Assembly (NCBI GenBank): GCA_019057375.1 | Contig: DXJF01000114.1 | Coordinates: 1-64,000 of the forward strand | DNA from: Candidatus Heimdallarchaeota archaeon | GTDB taxonomy: Archaea; Asgardarchaeota; Heimdallarchaeia; Heimdallarchaeales; Heimdallarchaeaceae | DNA: 64,000 nt | Reading direction: 5' to 3' | Shown: positions 1-9,439 of the stretch, one piece after another | How the letters are laid out: the number at the start of each line of letters is the position of its first letter | Numbering within the stretch: position 1 is the first letter of the stretch | The notes under the pieces: generated by a model | Databases searched by the model: none | What the model was told of the DNA's origin: nothing | Seen by the model: only the letters and a program-made list of their open reading frames with translations | Translations under genes and position numbers: made by a program

Positions 1-52
1 TAATCAAAGATAAATACAAAGTACAATTCTTAAGGATTTTTCAATGTATATT

Positions 53-1051
53 TCAAGTCTTGAAGTGCTCAAAACCTTCATTTGACAGATTATACATGGA
101 AAACTTTTGATCTGAAATAATTATGGTTTTATGGTTTTTATTGAAACAACCAATCTTTCTTACAAACAATTTTTTCTCTTTGGCTTGTTTTAACAATTCT
201 TCCTCCATCTCTGGAATAATAGAGAAAATAAGTTCAAACTCTTCTCCTCCATTAAATGTTAAATCTAATGGATTCAGTTTTTTAGTATTAGCGTGAGATT
301 CTACTAGAGAATGAATAGGAACTTTGGTAACATCAATTCCCATTTTATTTATATCTGATAATTCTTTCAAAGTTATAAATAGACCATCTGAACTATCCAT
401 ACATGTATTGATTGAAATTCTATTAAACAAATCTAAATAATCTATTTTCGCTTTTGGTTCAAAAATAGAAGATACTACTACTTCATGCAAACCAGCAGGA
501 ACTTTTTGATTATTCAGAAGTAGATTATAACCAAGGGATGTTAGCCCAAAAAAACCTGTTGAAAAAAGTAAATCCCCATTATTTGCACCTTTTCTGGGAA
601 GCAATTTCTCTTTTTCACAAACACCGAATGAAACAATATCTACAATAATATCATTTGTTTCATTCAAATCCCCTCCAAGGTATAAAATATCATATTCATT
701 ACATTGATCCCTTATTCCCTGAATGACATCCATTGCTCTAGATATCTCTAAATTTGAAGGAAATCCAATACTTGCAAGACAACCTAGAGGTTTTGTACCT
801 TTGGCAACAATATCGCTAACAGACATTGTCACAGCTTTTTGCCCTATTTGTTTGTCTGACATTCCTGGAAGAACATCAGTTTGAAACACCAGCATGTCCG
901 CATTAATTACGAGAATTTTTCCTGATTCTAACGCAAAGGTTGAAGCATCTTCATTATAATCGAGGACTGGAGTATCTACTAGGCTAGCTAATTTTGATAA
1001 GAAAAGCTTCTCTCCTATCTGGTTCATAGTGCGATTAGTATGTTCTTTCAT
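53..1051 (-). CDS. thiL: Thiamine-monophosphate kinase
   Basis: EDA, DMLV, VSDIVAKG, GGDLNE, DSSDGL and GGEEFEL motifs typical of ThiL. Confidence 0.9.
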   Translation of the reverse strand: MKEHTNRTMNQIGEKLFLSKLASLVDTPVLDYNEDASTFALESGKILVINADMLVFQTDVLPGMSDKQIGQKAVTMSVSDIVAKGTKPLGCLASIGFPSNLEISRAMDVIQGIRDQCNEYDILYLGGDLNETNDIIVDIVSFGVCEKEKLLPRKGANNGDLLFSTGFFGLTSLGYNLLLNNQKVPAGLHEVVVSSIFEPKAKIDYLDLFNRISINTCMDSSDGLFITLKELSDINKMGIDVTKVPIHSLVESHANTKKLNPLDLTFNGGEEFELIFSIIPEMEEELLKQAKEKKLFVRKIGCFNKNHKTIIISDQKFSMYNLSNEGFEHFKT

Positions 1052-1156
1052 TTTATTCCCTTAAATATATGGTATTTTTGACATTTCAAAAGAATTTCTG
1101 ATTAGTGAGAAAAAACTTCGCAACAAAAATTAGAAGTAAGGGGGGACTAGAAACTA

Positions 1157-1993
1157 CTATCCTAACACTCCAGAAAAGTAGAAGAAGAACACAAAAAGTG
1201 CTACAGGAATTGTGATTGCAATAAAAGCATTAACCCAAGCCATTTTTCCTATGATTCTTAATGATATAGAGGAATAGATAATAAATACAAGCCATAAAGC
1301 TACCATTAATCCCTTAAATATCCACATTACTGGAGAGCCATACAAGTTATTTATATAAATGGCAAAATCTATAAAATCCACGGAGCTTGAATTTCCTAAA
1401 CCCCCTGATGGTCCCATTAACGTTAAAAATATACCAAGAAATTCTCCTACAGTAATAGCTGCAAGTGAATAACCAATTATTGATTTGAATTGTTTTGTTG
1501 TTGCCTCGGAGCCAAGTATTGCTGCAAATTTTGCCATTAACCAAGTTGCAATAAATAGGAATATTTTGTACATCAACCAAACTACTAACGGCATTATAAC
1601 TAAAGTAACTAAAAACAAAATGAATCCCATTGATATTGTCATTGACCACTTTTCATGAGTAGGATCCCCAATTACGAAAAAGGTTGAATATACAACTCCT
1701 GATTTTATCATAACCATATAGTATCGCAAAGAGAGAAACAGTGAAAATAGGAGTAAAATTATATTACCACCTTTTTTTTCAGCAGCAATTGCGATTTCTT
1801 CACTGGTTCTAAAAGGATGTCTAAAATATGCATACAATCGTATGAAGACTTCTCTTAATGAGGGTTTGAATGAAAATTTCTTCAATTCATATTCCAGAAG
1901 TCCAAAACCACAAAATGGGCAAACAGAGTATTCTAATGGAACAGTCTCAGAACAGCTTGGGCATTTTTGTGTGCTTTCACTCATGTTGCTCAA
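1157..1993 (-). CDS. Zinc-ribbon plus Yip1-like multipass membrane protein
   Basis: N-terminal CPSC...CPFCG, then YFRHP and about five hydrophobic segments in a Yip1-like layout. Confidence 0.6.
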   Translation of the reverse strand: MSNMSESTQKCPSCSETVPLEYSVCPFCGFGLLEYELKKFSFKPSLREVFIRLYAYFRHPFRTSEEIAIAAEKKGGNIILLLFSLFLSLRYYMVMIKSGVVYSTFFVIGDPTHEKWSMTISMGFILFLVTLVIMPLVVWLMYKIFLFIATWLMAKFAAILGSEATTKQFKSIIGYSLAAITVGEFLGIFLTLMGPSGGLGNSSSVDFIDFAIYINNLYGSPVMWIFKGLMVALWLVFIIYSSISLRIIGKMAWVNAFIAITIPVALFVFFFYFSGVLG

Positions 1994-2083
1994 ATCTCTA
2001 TATTGGTTTAGGTTTAATATCTATTTTGACTAGTTAATGAAAACCTTTGTGTTAAATGTAAGGAGAAATTGAAGTATAAAAAA

Positions 2084-2836
2084 TCATCTTTTTCTTTTGT
2101 CGGACCTCTTCTTCATAATTCTAAAGAGGGATATTAGAGGAAATATCACTAGTAAGGAAGATATATCCATAAAGACGGTCTTAGTCTGACTTTCAATTTC
2201 TAAATTAGTTGAAATTAGTTCTATAGATAGTTCATATAATCCATATGATGTATGTGCTTTGAGTAAAACTCCTGTAGAACTATGATAGTATAAAGCTGAA
2301 AACTGTCCATTATAATCACTAGTTTGGAATAAAGTAACTTCATATGATTTATTTTCTCCATTAATGTTCTGCTCAAAATTACTTATCTCATCAATAGTTG
2401 TATTAGTTTGCTGAACTTGTGATTCAATGTTTTCCCAGTCAGATGAATTGGCAAAGAAACCTCCATTCCAAGGATAAATCCCAATAGTTAAACCAAATGC
2501 CAAATCAACATTCCTAACATTATAAAAAGTACTGTTTGTCATAGTATTTCCGAGAAATAAGGTCCCATTAATTTCAGTTTCAGTGATCGAAGTCATACTA
2601 TATCTAATTTGATCGTTAGGAACCACTGACCAGTTCCCAAAATATGTCCCCGGAGGCCAATTTCCATAAAATACGTTCTCAGTACCACTTGATTCTAGAA
2701 CTTCATAAGTAAGCAAATCCCCTATTTCTAACCCTATATTTGATGAAGCTGTTGTTAAACTAAAAATGGTAAACATGCATAGGAAAATTACACAAAGTGA
2801 AGAAATTGAAATTTTATTGGTTTTTTTAGATTGCAT
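2084..2836 (-). CDS. Secreted protein with C-terminal membrane anchor
   Basis: Signal peptide; C-terminal hydrophobic helix followed by basic tail KKRSDKRKR. Confidence 0.65.
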   Translation of the reverse strand: MQSKKTNKISISSLCVIFLCMFTIFSLTTASSNIGLEIGDLLTYEVLESSGTENVFYGNWPPGTYFGNWSVVPNDQIRYSMTSITETEINGTLFLGNTMTNSTFYNVRNVDLAFGLTIGIYPWNGGFFANSSDWENIESQVQQTNTTIDEISNFEQNINGENKSYEVTLFQTSDYNGQFSALYYHSSTGVLLKAHTSYGLYELSIELISTNLEIESQTKTVFMDISSLLVIFPLISLFRIMKKRSDKRKR

Positions 2837-2892
2837 ATTAAACCCTAGGAAAGCGATTACATGTTTTTATTAGAACATGCTTAAATTTATTG

Positions 2893-2985
2893 TGGCGGAC
2901 CAGGCAGGATTCGAACCTGCGACCCCCAGCTGTCTTCAGTATAAACTTCCGAAGGCTGGTGCCTTATCCACTAGACTACTGGTCC
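2893..2985 (-). tRNA. tRNA-Arg(TCG) with 17-nt intron at 37/38 (2932-2948); CCA encoded
   Basis: Full cloverleaf GGACCAG...CTGGTCC G CCA; strict BHB CTTC-GGA-AGT-TTAT-ACT-GAAG-ACA; 76 nt after splicing. Confidence 0.95.
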
Positions 2986-3097
2986 ATACTAATTTTCCTT
3001 TTCATTATACTTATTATCTTTTCTGTTTAAAACTTAACAGTTGCTCATCACCTATTATGTTTAGAACTAAAAGGGATTTTGAAATATGAGAAAGAGA

Positions 3098-4336
3098 TTA
3101 TCGAGGAATGCCATTTTCAATCCATGAATTTATGAGTCTCTCGAACTCCTTTTTCTTCTTTATAGATTGAGTTTGATATGCATAAATCTGTGACATTGCT
3201 AATCCACCAAGTTCAATATAAGCCTCATCCATATCACATATTGCAGAGATTCTAGCTTTCCAATTCTCATCAGTATCGGCTTGTTGTGCATAAGACATAA
3301 ACAATCTCAATATTTTTTCTATCTTTGAAGAAACAGCTGATTCATCGGTAACAGGTTTTGTGCTCACGTCTACTTTAGCAGGTCTAGATTCTTCTCTAGG
3401 TGTTGGTTTGGGTTCAGGTTTTGAGGGAGATGGTGATTCAGCTTCTGGAGCTGGCATAGAAGGGGGTTTTTCAACTTCTTGTGATTCATCAAAAATATTT
3501 TCTTTAATTATAGGTCTTGACGAGCTTGCTGATGGTGAAGGCATAGGTTCTTTTGGAGGAGTGTAACTGATTTTGGAAGGTTCTTCTCTAATTGTTGCAG
3601 ATTCCTTCTTTTCAGAAACTGAAGAGGGAGTAGCGAATTTTATCTGATCTGGAGAAATTGTATCTTCTGCTTTGGGTGCAGGCATAGAACCTGTAGATGT
3701 GATAATAGATGCACCCCTTGAGGAAGTTGTAAAAGCATCCTTTGGAACAGATAATGTTATGTGAGGAATCTGCCTTGCATTAATAATTGCATCTAAACCT
3801 ATGTCAATTGGTTCAACTAATGGTTTTAGAGAGGGTGCTTCTGCCCCAAGTTTTAGTACTTTCTCTTTTAAGGTTTGACTTCCAGCTGTCATTAAACTAA
3901 GTTTCTTCTTTAGTTCTTGGTTTTCTTCTTGCAGTTTTTCTTCTCCTTTTTCAGCTTCAGTTTCAATCGATTCAATTGAACCCATCAGAGCATGCATCTG
4001 CAACTTAAGTTCTTCTCTTTCAGCGTTAAACAAATCCTGTTGTAATCTTGTATCTTCTATTTCTTTATCCAGATCTACTTTCTCTTTTTGCAAGTCTTCA
4101 ACTAATTTAGATAATTGATCTAATTCTGTTGTTAGCTCACGAACTTTTTCATTTGATTGTGTTTGAGACATTTTTTCTTGAAGTTTCTCAAAAAGTTTAA
4201 TTCTACGCATTGCTAATTGAGGAGAAATATTTTCTTTTTGCATGAAATTAAGAATATATTCTAAATCGTGGGGTTGAATGCTGTACTTCTTAAGAAGTTC
4301 TTCTATGGAAATGTCATTTTCACTCATAACCTTCAA
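3098..4336 (-). CDS. Coiled-coil protein with Pro/Ser/Glu-rich linker and small C-terminal helical domain
   Basis: Long ORF; heptad-rich residues ~50-165; low-complexity P/S/E/K linker. Confidence 0.6.
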   Translation of the reverse strand: MKVMSENDISIEELLKKYSIQPHDLEYILNFMQKENISPQLAMRRIKLFEKLQEKMSQTQSNEKVRELTTELDQLSKLVEDLQKEKVDLDKEIEDTRLQQDLFNAEREELKLQMHALMGSIESIETEAEKGEEKLQEENQELKKKLSLMTAGSQTLKEKVLKLGAEAPSLKPLVEPIDIGLDAIINARQIPHITLSVPKDAFTTSSRGASIITSTGSMPAPKAEDTISPDQIKFATPSSVSEKKESATIREEPSKISYTPPKEPMPSPSASSSRPIIKENIFDESQEVEKPPSMPAPEAESPSPSKPEPKPTPREESRPAKVDVSTKPVTDESAVSSKIEKILRLFMSYAQQADTDENWKARISAICDMDEAYIELGGLAMSQIYAYQTQSIKKKKEFERLINSWIENGIPR

Positions 4337-4430
4337 TAAATTGTACTAGGATTTAATTTAATAAAGTTTAGTTGTTGGCGGGAAAAGGAAACGTTTTTTT
4401 ATCTGGAGGGCCTTTTTTTTCCAAGGTGCT

Positions 4431-5459
4431 TTGATGGTAGAGCTTAGAGGATTGATGATAAATAGATTAATTGTTTTACTTCAAATTTTCATATTTCCAG
4501 CATATTTCTACATTTGGATGAATATAGAACCGATGAAAAGTGTAACTCTAGATGGCTTCTTTTTCTGGGGAACCAATCCTTTATCAGGAACACCAGAAGC
4601 AGTTATATTAAGAGGTATAGCTCCGCTAATTTTTGCACTGCCGTTTTCACTTGTTTCCTTAGTTAAAGCAACACGAGTCGCTAGTTCATACGAGCTCATG
4701 TGGAGAGCCTTAGGAAAAGTAAGAATTGATACAAAAATTTTTTACATGGTTAATGCAATTTTCTGTTTGTTCTTTTTAATTTTACCATTTGGAGCTCCTC
4801 TAATATCTGTGTTTGGAGCGTTTTTTGCAGTTAAACTAATATTATATGCATTTGGAGTCAAAAAGAATGTACCTACAATTTTAGTTGTCATCCCAGGATT
4901 ATTTCTAGCTGCCATCCCTTTGATGATAACAATTGCTTTCTTTGTGGAGTATTCAAATGTATTCGTACCAATTTGGAGTATATGGACAAGTTACGCACCA
5001 ATTTTCTATGGAGTGGTTTTATGCTTAGCCTGCGCGATTGCTATAGGCAATTTCTTGATGCTTCTTAGAGAGGGGGCCTCACAAGTGTCCTATAAGAAGG
5101 AAATTGCTGATAGAATTGGTTTAGTTATTAAGATGTTTTTGTTTGGAGGAATCTTGGCACTCTTTGCTTTTGTTGATAAATGGTCTTTGAATGGTCTTTC
5201 AATATTTATTATCAACATCATAGCTGTTGCATTAAGTGTATTCGAAACATTTGTGCGGTGGAGGAAGCAGATGATGAAGGAAACAGGTTCAGGTGGAAGA
5301 ATAATGGTTATTCTCTTCATTGCTGTAAACTTCTTTGTTAAATACATGGCAAGACCTGAAATAGCAATCACAATAATTGTTGCATTGTCAGCATGTATAT
5401 TCTTTGCGCTCTTCATTGTAGCGTATAAATATGCAACAGATGAAACATTATTTGAGTAA
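4431..5459 (+). CDS. Multipass membrane protein, unknown function
   Basis: 342-aa ORF with about nine hydrophobic segments. Confidence 0.6.
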   Translation: MMVELRGLMINRLIVLLQIFIFPAYFYIWMNIEPMKSVTLDGFFFWGTNPLSGTPEAVILRGIAPLIFALPFSLVSLVKATRVASSYELMWRALGKVRIDTKIFYMVNAIFCLFFLILPFGAPLISVFGAFFAVKLILYAFGVKKNVPTILVVIPGLFLAAIPLMITIAFFVEYSNVFVPIWSIWTSYAPIFYGVVLCLACAIAIGNFLMLLREGASQVSYKKEIADRIGLVIKMFLFGGILALFAFVDKWSLNGLSIFIINIIAVALSVFETFVRWRKQMMKETGSGGRIMVILFIAVNFFVKYMARPEIAITIIVALSACIFFALFIVAYKYATDETLFE

Positions 5460-5572
5460 TTATCAATGTGCTCATTGGAATCAAGGAATTAATAATTAAT
5501 TCCTAACCAAAATTTTTATATGCCGACTTATGAAGTCCTTATCAAATTCCCCCTAGCTTTGAGAGGGTTCCG

Positions 5573-6205
5573 ATGAGTAGCAAACATATTGATTCAGAAA
5601 TAACTATAAAAATTGAAGAAAATACTGAGAAGCTAATAAAGGAAATCTTAGCGGATCAGAAAAAAACAATTGCTTCAGTCAACAAAGAAACAGAAGGAAA
5701 GATCAAAGCAATTCAAGAAAAAATTTTAGAAGAGGCAAAAAACAGAGCTGATTCTGAATTTTTAAAAAAGAAAGCAAAGAAAGAGCTTGAACTTAAACTT
5801 CAAATTACAAAATATAGAGACGATTTGGTCTATGGTCTCATAGAAAAAGCAAAAAAGAAAATAACTGCTCTCACAGGTACCAAAGAGTATGAAAAAAGTC
5901 TTGAAAAATTGGTTTTAGAAGCTACTTTAACTCTTAAACAACCTGAAATTACTGTTTTATGTAGAAAAGAAGACAAAGATATCTTCTCTAAACAGTTTTT
6001 TGACAATATTTCTAAACAAATCACAGACAAAGAACTTGAAGTGAAATTTAACGTGTCAAAAGATTTTATCAAATCAATGGGTGGAGTAAAAGTAGAGACG
6101 ACTGATGGAAAAATCAGCATTGACAATACTTATGAGAAGAGAATTGAAAGGTCTTTAGATGTGTTAAAAAGAGAACTCTCATTATTACTCACACAAGAAA
6201 GTTGA
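5573..6205 (+). CDS. atpE: A/V-type ATP synthase subunit E
   Basis: N-terminal coiled coil; C-terminal SMGGVKVETTDGKISIDNTYEKRI motif of V-ATPase E. Confidence 0.85.
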   Translation: MSSKHIDSEITIKIEENTEKLIKEILADQKKTIASVNKETEGKIKAIQEKILEEAKNRADSEFLKKKAKKELELKLQITKYRDDLVYGLIEKAKKKITALTGTKEYEKSLEKLVLEATLTLKQPEITVLCRKEDKDIFSKQFFDNISKQITDKELEVKFNVSKDFIKSMGGVKVETTDGKISIDNTYEKRIERSLDVLKRELSLLLTQES

Positions 6206-6807
6206 TATCTATGAACAAAAAATTCTGGGCAAAGACAAGCGTGTTTCTTTTATTGGCTATATTTATGTTACATCCTTATTCAAACGTTGCTAGAGCACAA
6301 TCAGACCAGTATATTGGTGCGATTAACGGACGTATATCTGAAACATATATTGTTAGAAACACTAGAGTTACCATTCAAGCAACCATTGTTAACTTTGGTG
6401 ATTTAGAGATTGAAGTAATATCCTTTAATGTCGATTTTATTCATTTAGGTGGAAATGACAGATTCAACACAACTTACAGTATAAAATATGATTATGATCG
6501 CAGAACTCTCGAACCAGGAGCTAGTTTAACAGGCACCCTTAGAGAAGAAATAACAAGTCCAGAAGCGGATTATAATGTATCAATATACTTCAAAGCCCTT
6601 GATACCTATCACCCACATGAAACCTTTGGACCTAGTGCAATAGATTACATAGCCGCTGAAAATATCACCGTATCTGTTGTTGATTTTAGTGGGCCTTCAA
6701 ACATAATTTTAGGTATTGGTCTAGCTTTTGCTGCTGGTGTAGGAATTGTTGTGATCGTAATTATCTATGGTTGGTTAAAGGAGAAACTAACAAAGAGAAG
6801 ATATTAA
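6202..6807 (+). CDS. Secreted Ig-like protein with C-terminal TM anchor
   Basis: Signal peptide; beta-rich core; TM helix plus basic tail. Confidence 0.55.
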   Translation: MISMNKKFWAKTSVFLLLAIFMLHPYSNVARAQSDQYIGAINGRISETYIVRNTRVTIQATIVNFGDLEIEVISFNVDFIHLGGNDRFNTTYSIKYDYDRRTLEPGASLTGTLREEITSPEADYNVSIYFKALDTYHPHETFGPSAIDYIAAENITVSVVDFSGPSNIILGIGLAFAAGVGIVVIVIIYGWLKEKLTKRRY

Positions 6808-6818
6808 TTGAATTAAAT

Positions 6819-7289
6819 TTAAGTTAGACTTAACAGCCAACTTTTAGGAAGGTAAATCAAACCTTCTTTTATCATTTGTAAAAGAATTTTTTCTAGCTTG
6901 TTTAACCCAATATTAAATAAATCACAACTTCTGATCAAATCATCTAAAGTTCCTGATACATTCCCCTCTATCAGATGTAAAATAGTATCAGATAGCGATG
7001 CCGAAGGTATGTTTGGGAGCTCAACTTGTTTTTGTTCATAACTTTCAATTAAGTTGGAAATTAACTCAATATGTGAATCAGCTATAGAAAAGAATTTCTC
7101 TGCTAAGTCTGTATTTAGATTTCCAGCTTTAAGAAAAGCATCACAGTCTTGTGACGATTTTTTACAAATTATTGCTTCTCCAGAAGTGTAAGTGATGATT
7201 TTACTGCAGTTATTACAGAATTTGTGTCTGTAATTATCTGGGATTTCATTGATTGTCTCACAATTATGGCATCGAAAAAGAATTCTCAT
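6819..7289 (-). CDS. Zinc-ribbon protein with C-terminal winged-helix-like region
   Basis: CHNC and CNNC pairs at the N-terminus. Confidence 0.5.
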   Translation of the reverse strand: MRILFRCHNCETINEIPDNYRHKFCNNCSKIITYTSGEAIICKKSSQDCDAFLKAGNLNTDLAEKFFSIADSHIELISNLIESYEQKQVELPNIPSASLSDTILHLIEGNVSGTLDDLIRSCDLFNIGLNKLEKILLQMIKEGLIYLPKSWLLSLT

Positions 7290-8095
7290 TCATCTACTTC
7301 CTTATACAATTTTCGTGCAAAAATCAAAAAACCAGTATGTCCAATCATTCTAGTATTAGGTCGGATAGCATGTGCTTTAAGTTGAATATCTCTTCGGATC
7401 AGTTCAAGAGCTTGTATATCACCAAAACTGAATTCTAGAAATTTAGTAAATACTTTTTCAATTTGATTATATGTTGGCAAAAAGACTGTAATTATCCCAC
7501 CATATTTTAAGGATTCAAATGCATGTGGAATCACTGTACAAGGATCACCTAGATCAAGAACTACAGCATCAACACTCTTTTCATCAAACCCAGTTGAAAC
7601 ATCTTTAAGCTTCATTGATACATATGATTCAACTCCAATTCTCGAAAGATTTTTCTTTGCTGTATTGAATGCATCCTCTCTATTCTCATAAGTATAAACA
7701 TGTCCTGCAGGACCTACATATGTTGCTAGTATTGAAGTTAAAGCTCCACTTCCAGTGCCTGCTTCAATTACTCTACTTCCAGGTTTTATTCCACCATTCA
7801 ATAAGATTGAACCAGCATCCTTTGTATAGATTATTTGAGAACTATGTGGAATCTGCTTAAGAAAATCACTAGGTATTGGATTATAGATGGTTAAACTGAT
7901 TAATTTGTTTGTGGTTACATTTATTCCAAATGGTTTTCCAATAATCTGGTCAAAATCAAAAAAACCTTTGTGACAATGAAATTGTTGACCTCTAATTGCT
8001 TTAGCTAACCATCTCTTTCTATTATCTAGAACAATTAAAACATCAGAACCATCGGTAATGAGTTCATTTTCTGTAGATGCTGTCATGAAATCCAA
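7286..8095 (-). CDS. trmI: tRNA (adenine57/58-N1)-methyltransferase
   Basis: QIIYTKD, EAGTGSGALT, LDLGDP and GHTGFL motifs. Confidence 0.92.
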   Translation of the reverse strand: MDFMTASTENELITDGSDVLIVLDNRKRWLAKAIRGQQFHCHKGFFDFDQIIGKPFGINVTTNKLISLTIYNPIPSDFLKQIPHSSQIIYTKDAGSILLNGGIKPGSRVIEAGTGSGALTSILATYVGPAGHVYTYENREDAFNTAKKNLSRIGVESYVSMKLKDVSTGFDEKSVDAVVLDLGDPCTVIPHAFESLKYGGIITVFLPTYNQIEKVFTKFLEFSFGDIQALELIRRDIQLKAHAIRPNTRMIGHTGFLIFARKLYKEVDE

Positions 8096-8487
8096 ACAAA
8101 AAAAGGTATATGAGAATAAAAATTTATTTTTCTAGTAGAGAAGACATTCAAATTTTCTTTTCATACATGTTATAAGTACTTCTCCCAATTAATCTAATAG
8201 CTTGTTTTCTTGATAGAAGACGTCTTACTAAGAATGTAGCAAATTTATTTGTAAAACCAGGAGTAAAACTTGGCCTTTTTCCTAGTTTAGCAAGTGATTC
8301 TTTTGCTACTTTCGTTGGATTCATAGGTTTAGGAACCAAAATTCCAGGATTATCGGGTTCTGTAGCTATATAGTTAGGTGTATTGGTGATTCCAGCTGTG
8401 CATGCTAAAACATCAATATTGTGTTTCTTAAGCTCAAACCATAACCCTTCTGCAAGTATGGAGTTGCTAGTTGCTGCATAATGAACG

Positions 8488-8710
8488 CACGTTATGAAAC
8501 TTGGTTAAACTTGCCAGAGGCTTTCTAACCGTCGTTTAAGTGGGTCCCCTCACGTGCGTTGAGGGGAAGTCATCCAGACTTTGTTCTGGAATAGTAAGTG
8601 GGCCTTCAGCATAGAGCTAGCTAGGCTCCCCGTTTCATGGTAAGTTTACTGAGAGACAACCACTTGTGTAGTTGCGAAACAGGTAGGTGCTGAAGCGCAC
8701 ACTATCTAGC
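8488..8710 (-). ncRNA. Putative omegaRNA-like structured RNA inside the element
   Basis: Lies downstream of a TATA box; multiple stems (CTTCAGCA/TGCTGAAG, CAACTAC/GTGGTTG, TCCAGA/TCTGGA, TCCCCTC/GAGGGGA); ends at the element right end. Confidence 0.55.
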
Positions 8711-8728
8711 TTTCTATGTGTACTTTCA

Positions 8729-8736
8729 TATATAAA
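8729..8736 (-). promoter_or_regulatory. TATA box TTTATATA inside the element
   Basis: Archaeal TATA consensus ~25 nt upstream of the structured region. Confidence 0.5.
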
Positions 8737-9439
8737 CCCGAAGAAAAAAAAACACCCATGCTTCTCTTTCCTACATCTCCCCATAACTAGGTAGAGGACG
8801 CATGGCAAGATTAGTCAACTTTACCACAAACAGTTGTGCACGGTCAAAGGATTACCTTGAAATCCAGCCATCGAACTAACTAAGATAATTCCACCTCTTT
8901 CTCTCTTCTTCATTAATTTACCAAAATAATCAACTAATGTTACAGGTCCTCTACAGTTAATATTAATAACATTAAAATGTTCTTCCAAATCAAAATCCAG
9001 AAATGGACCTATGGGAATGATTGCAGCATTATAGACCAACGTACCAATTTCAATATCCTTAGTATGCTCTTTTATAATCTTAATTACTTCTGAATCTGCT
9101 AAATCTGCACTAATTATTCGAACATGTACTCCATGTGTTTTTTCTATATCTCTTGATAATTTTTCAAGCAGTGGTTTTCTCCTTGCAACCAGAACAAGAT
9201 TGATGCCTTTATCTGCAAGAACCCTAGTAAATGCTTCGCCTATTCCTTGAGAACCCCCCGCAATCAGTGCCCAAGGTCCGTACTTTTGTTTGAATCGTTC
9301 TTTTTTCATATGCGAAACAGCTATCAATTGAAGTTTATTAAAAAGATTAAGTAAATTAATTTTACAAGATTTTATTGGAATGTTTCTAATGTTTTGGAAG
9401 AAGTTTGGTTAGAAAAAGGAGAAAGATGAAAAAGAAAAA

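Larger units (their letters stand above)
8488..8839 (-). mobile_element. Non-autonomous (MITE/PATE-like) element sharing its right end with the TnpB-like element
   Basis: 8488-8569 is the reverse complement of 40573-40654 (4 substitutions, 2 single-base indels); flanked by a 3-bp direct repeat ACG (8485-87, 8840-42); no sizeable ORF. Confidence 0.88.
8148..9309 (-). pseudogene. Short-chain dehydrogenase/reductase interrupted by a 355-bp insertion
   Basis: GGSQGIG and NAA motifs in the 5' part; removing 8488-8842 restores the frame GNPLTV-HYAAT...LAEGLWFELK through to the stop at 8148. Confidence 0.9.

Noticed and set aside
8148-8339. 63-aa ORF as an independent gene
   Set aside because: It is the C-terminal remainder of the interrupted SDR.
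8488-8839. Insert as a self-splicing group I intron (IStron)
   Set aside because: One register ends in G, but I cannot find P/Q/R/S or P7 core motifs, and the SDR has also lost its catalytic Lys.
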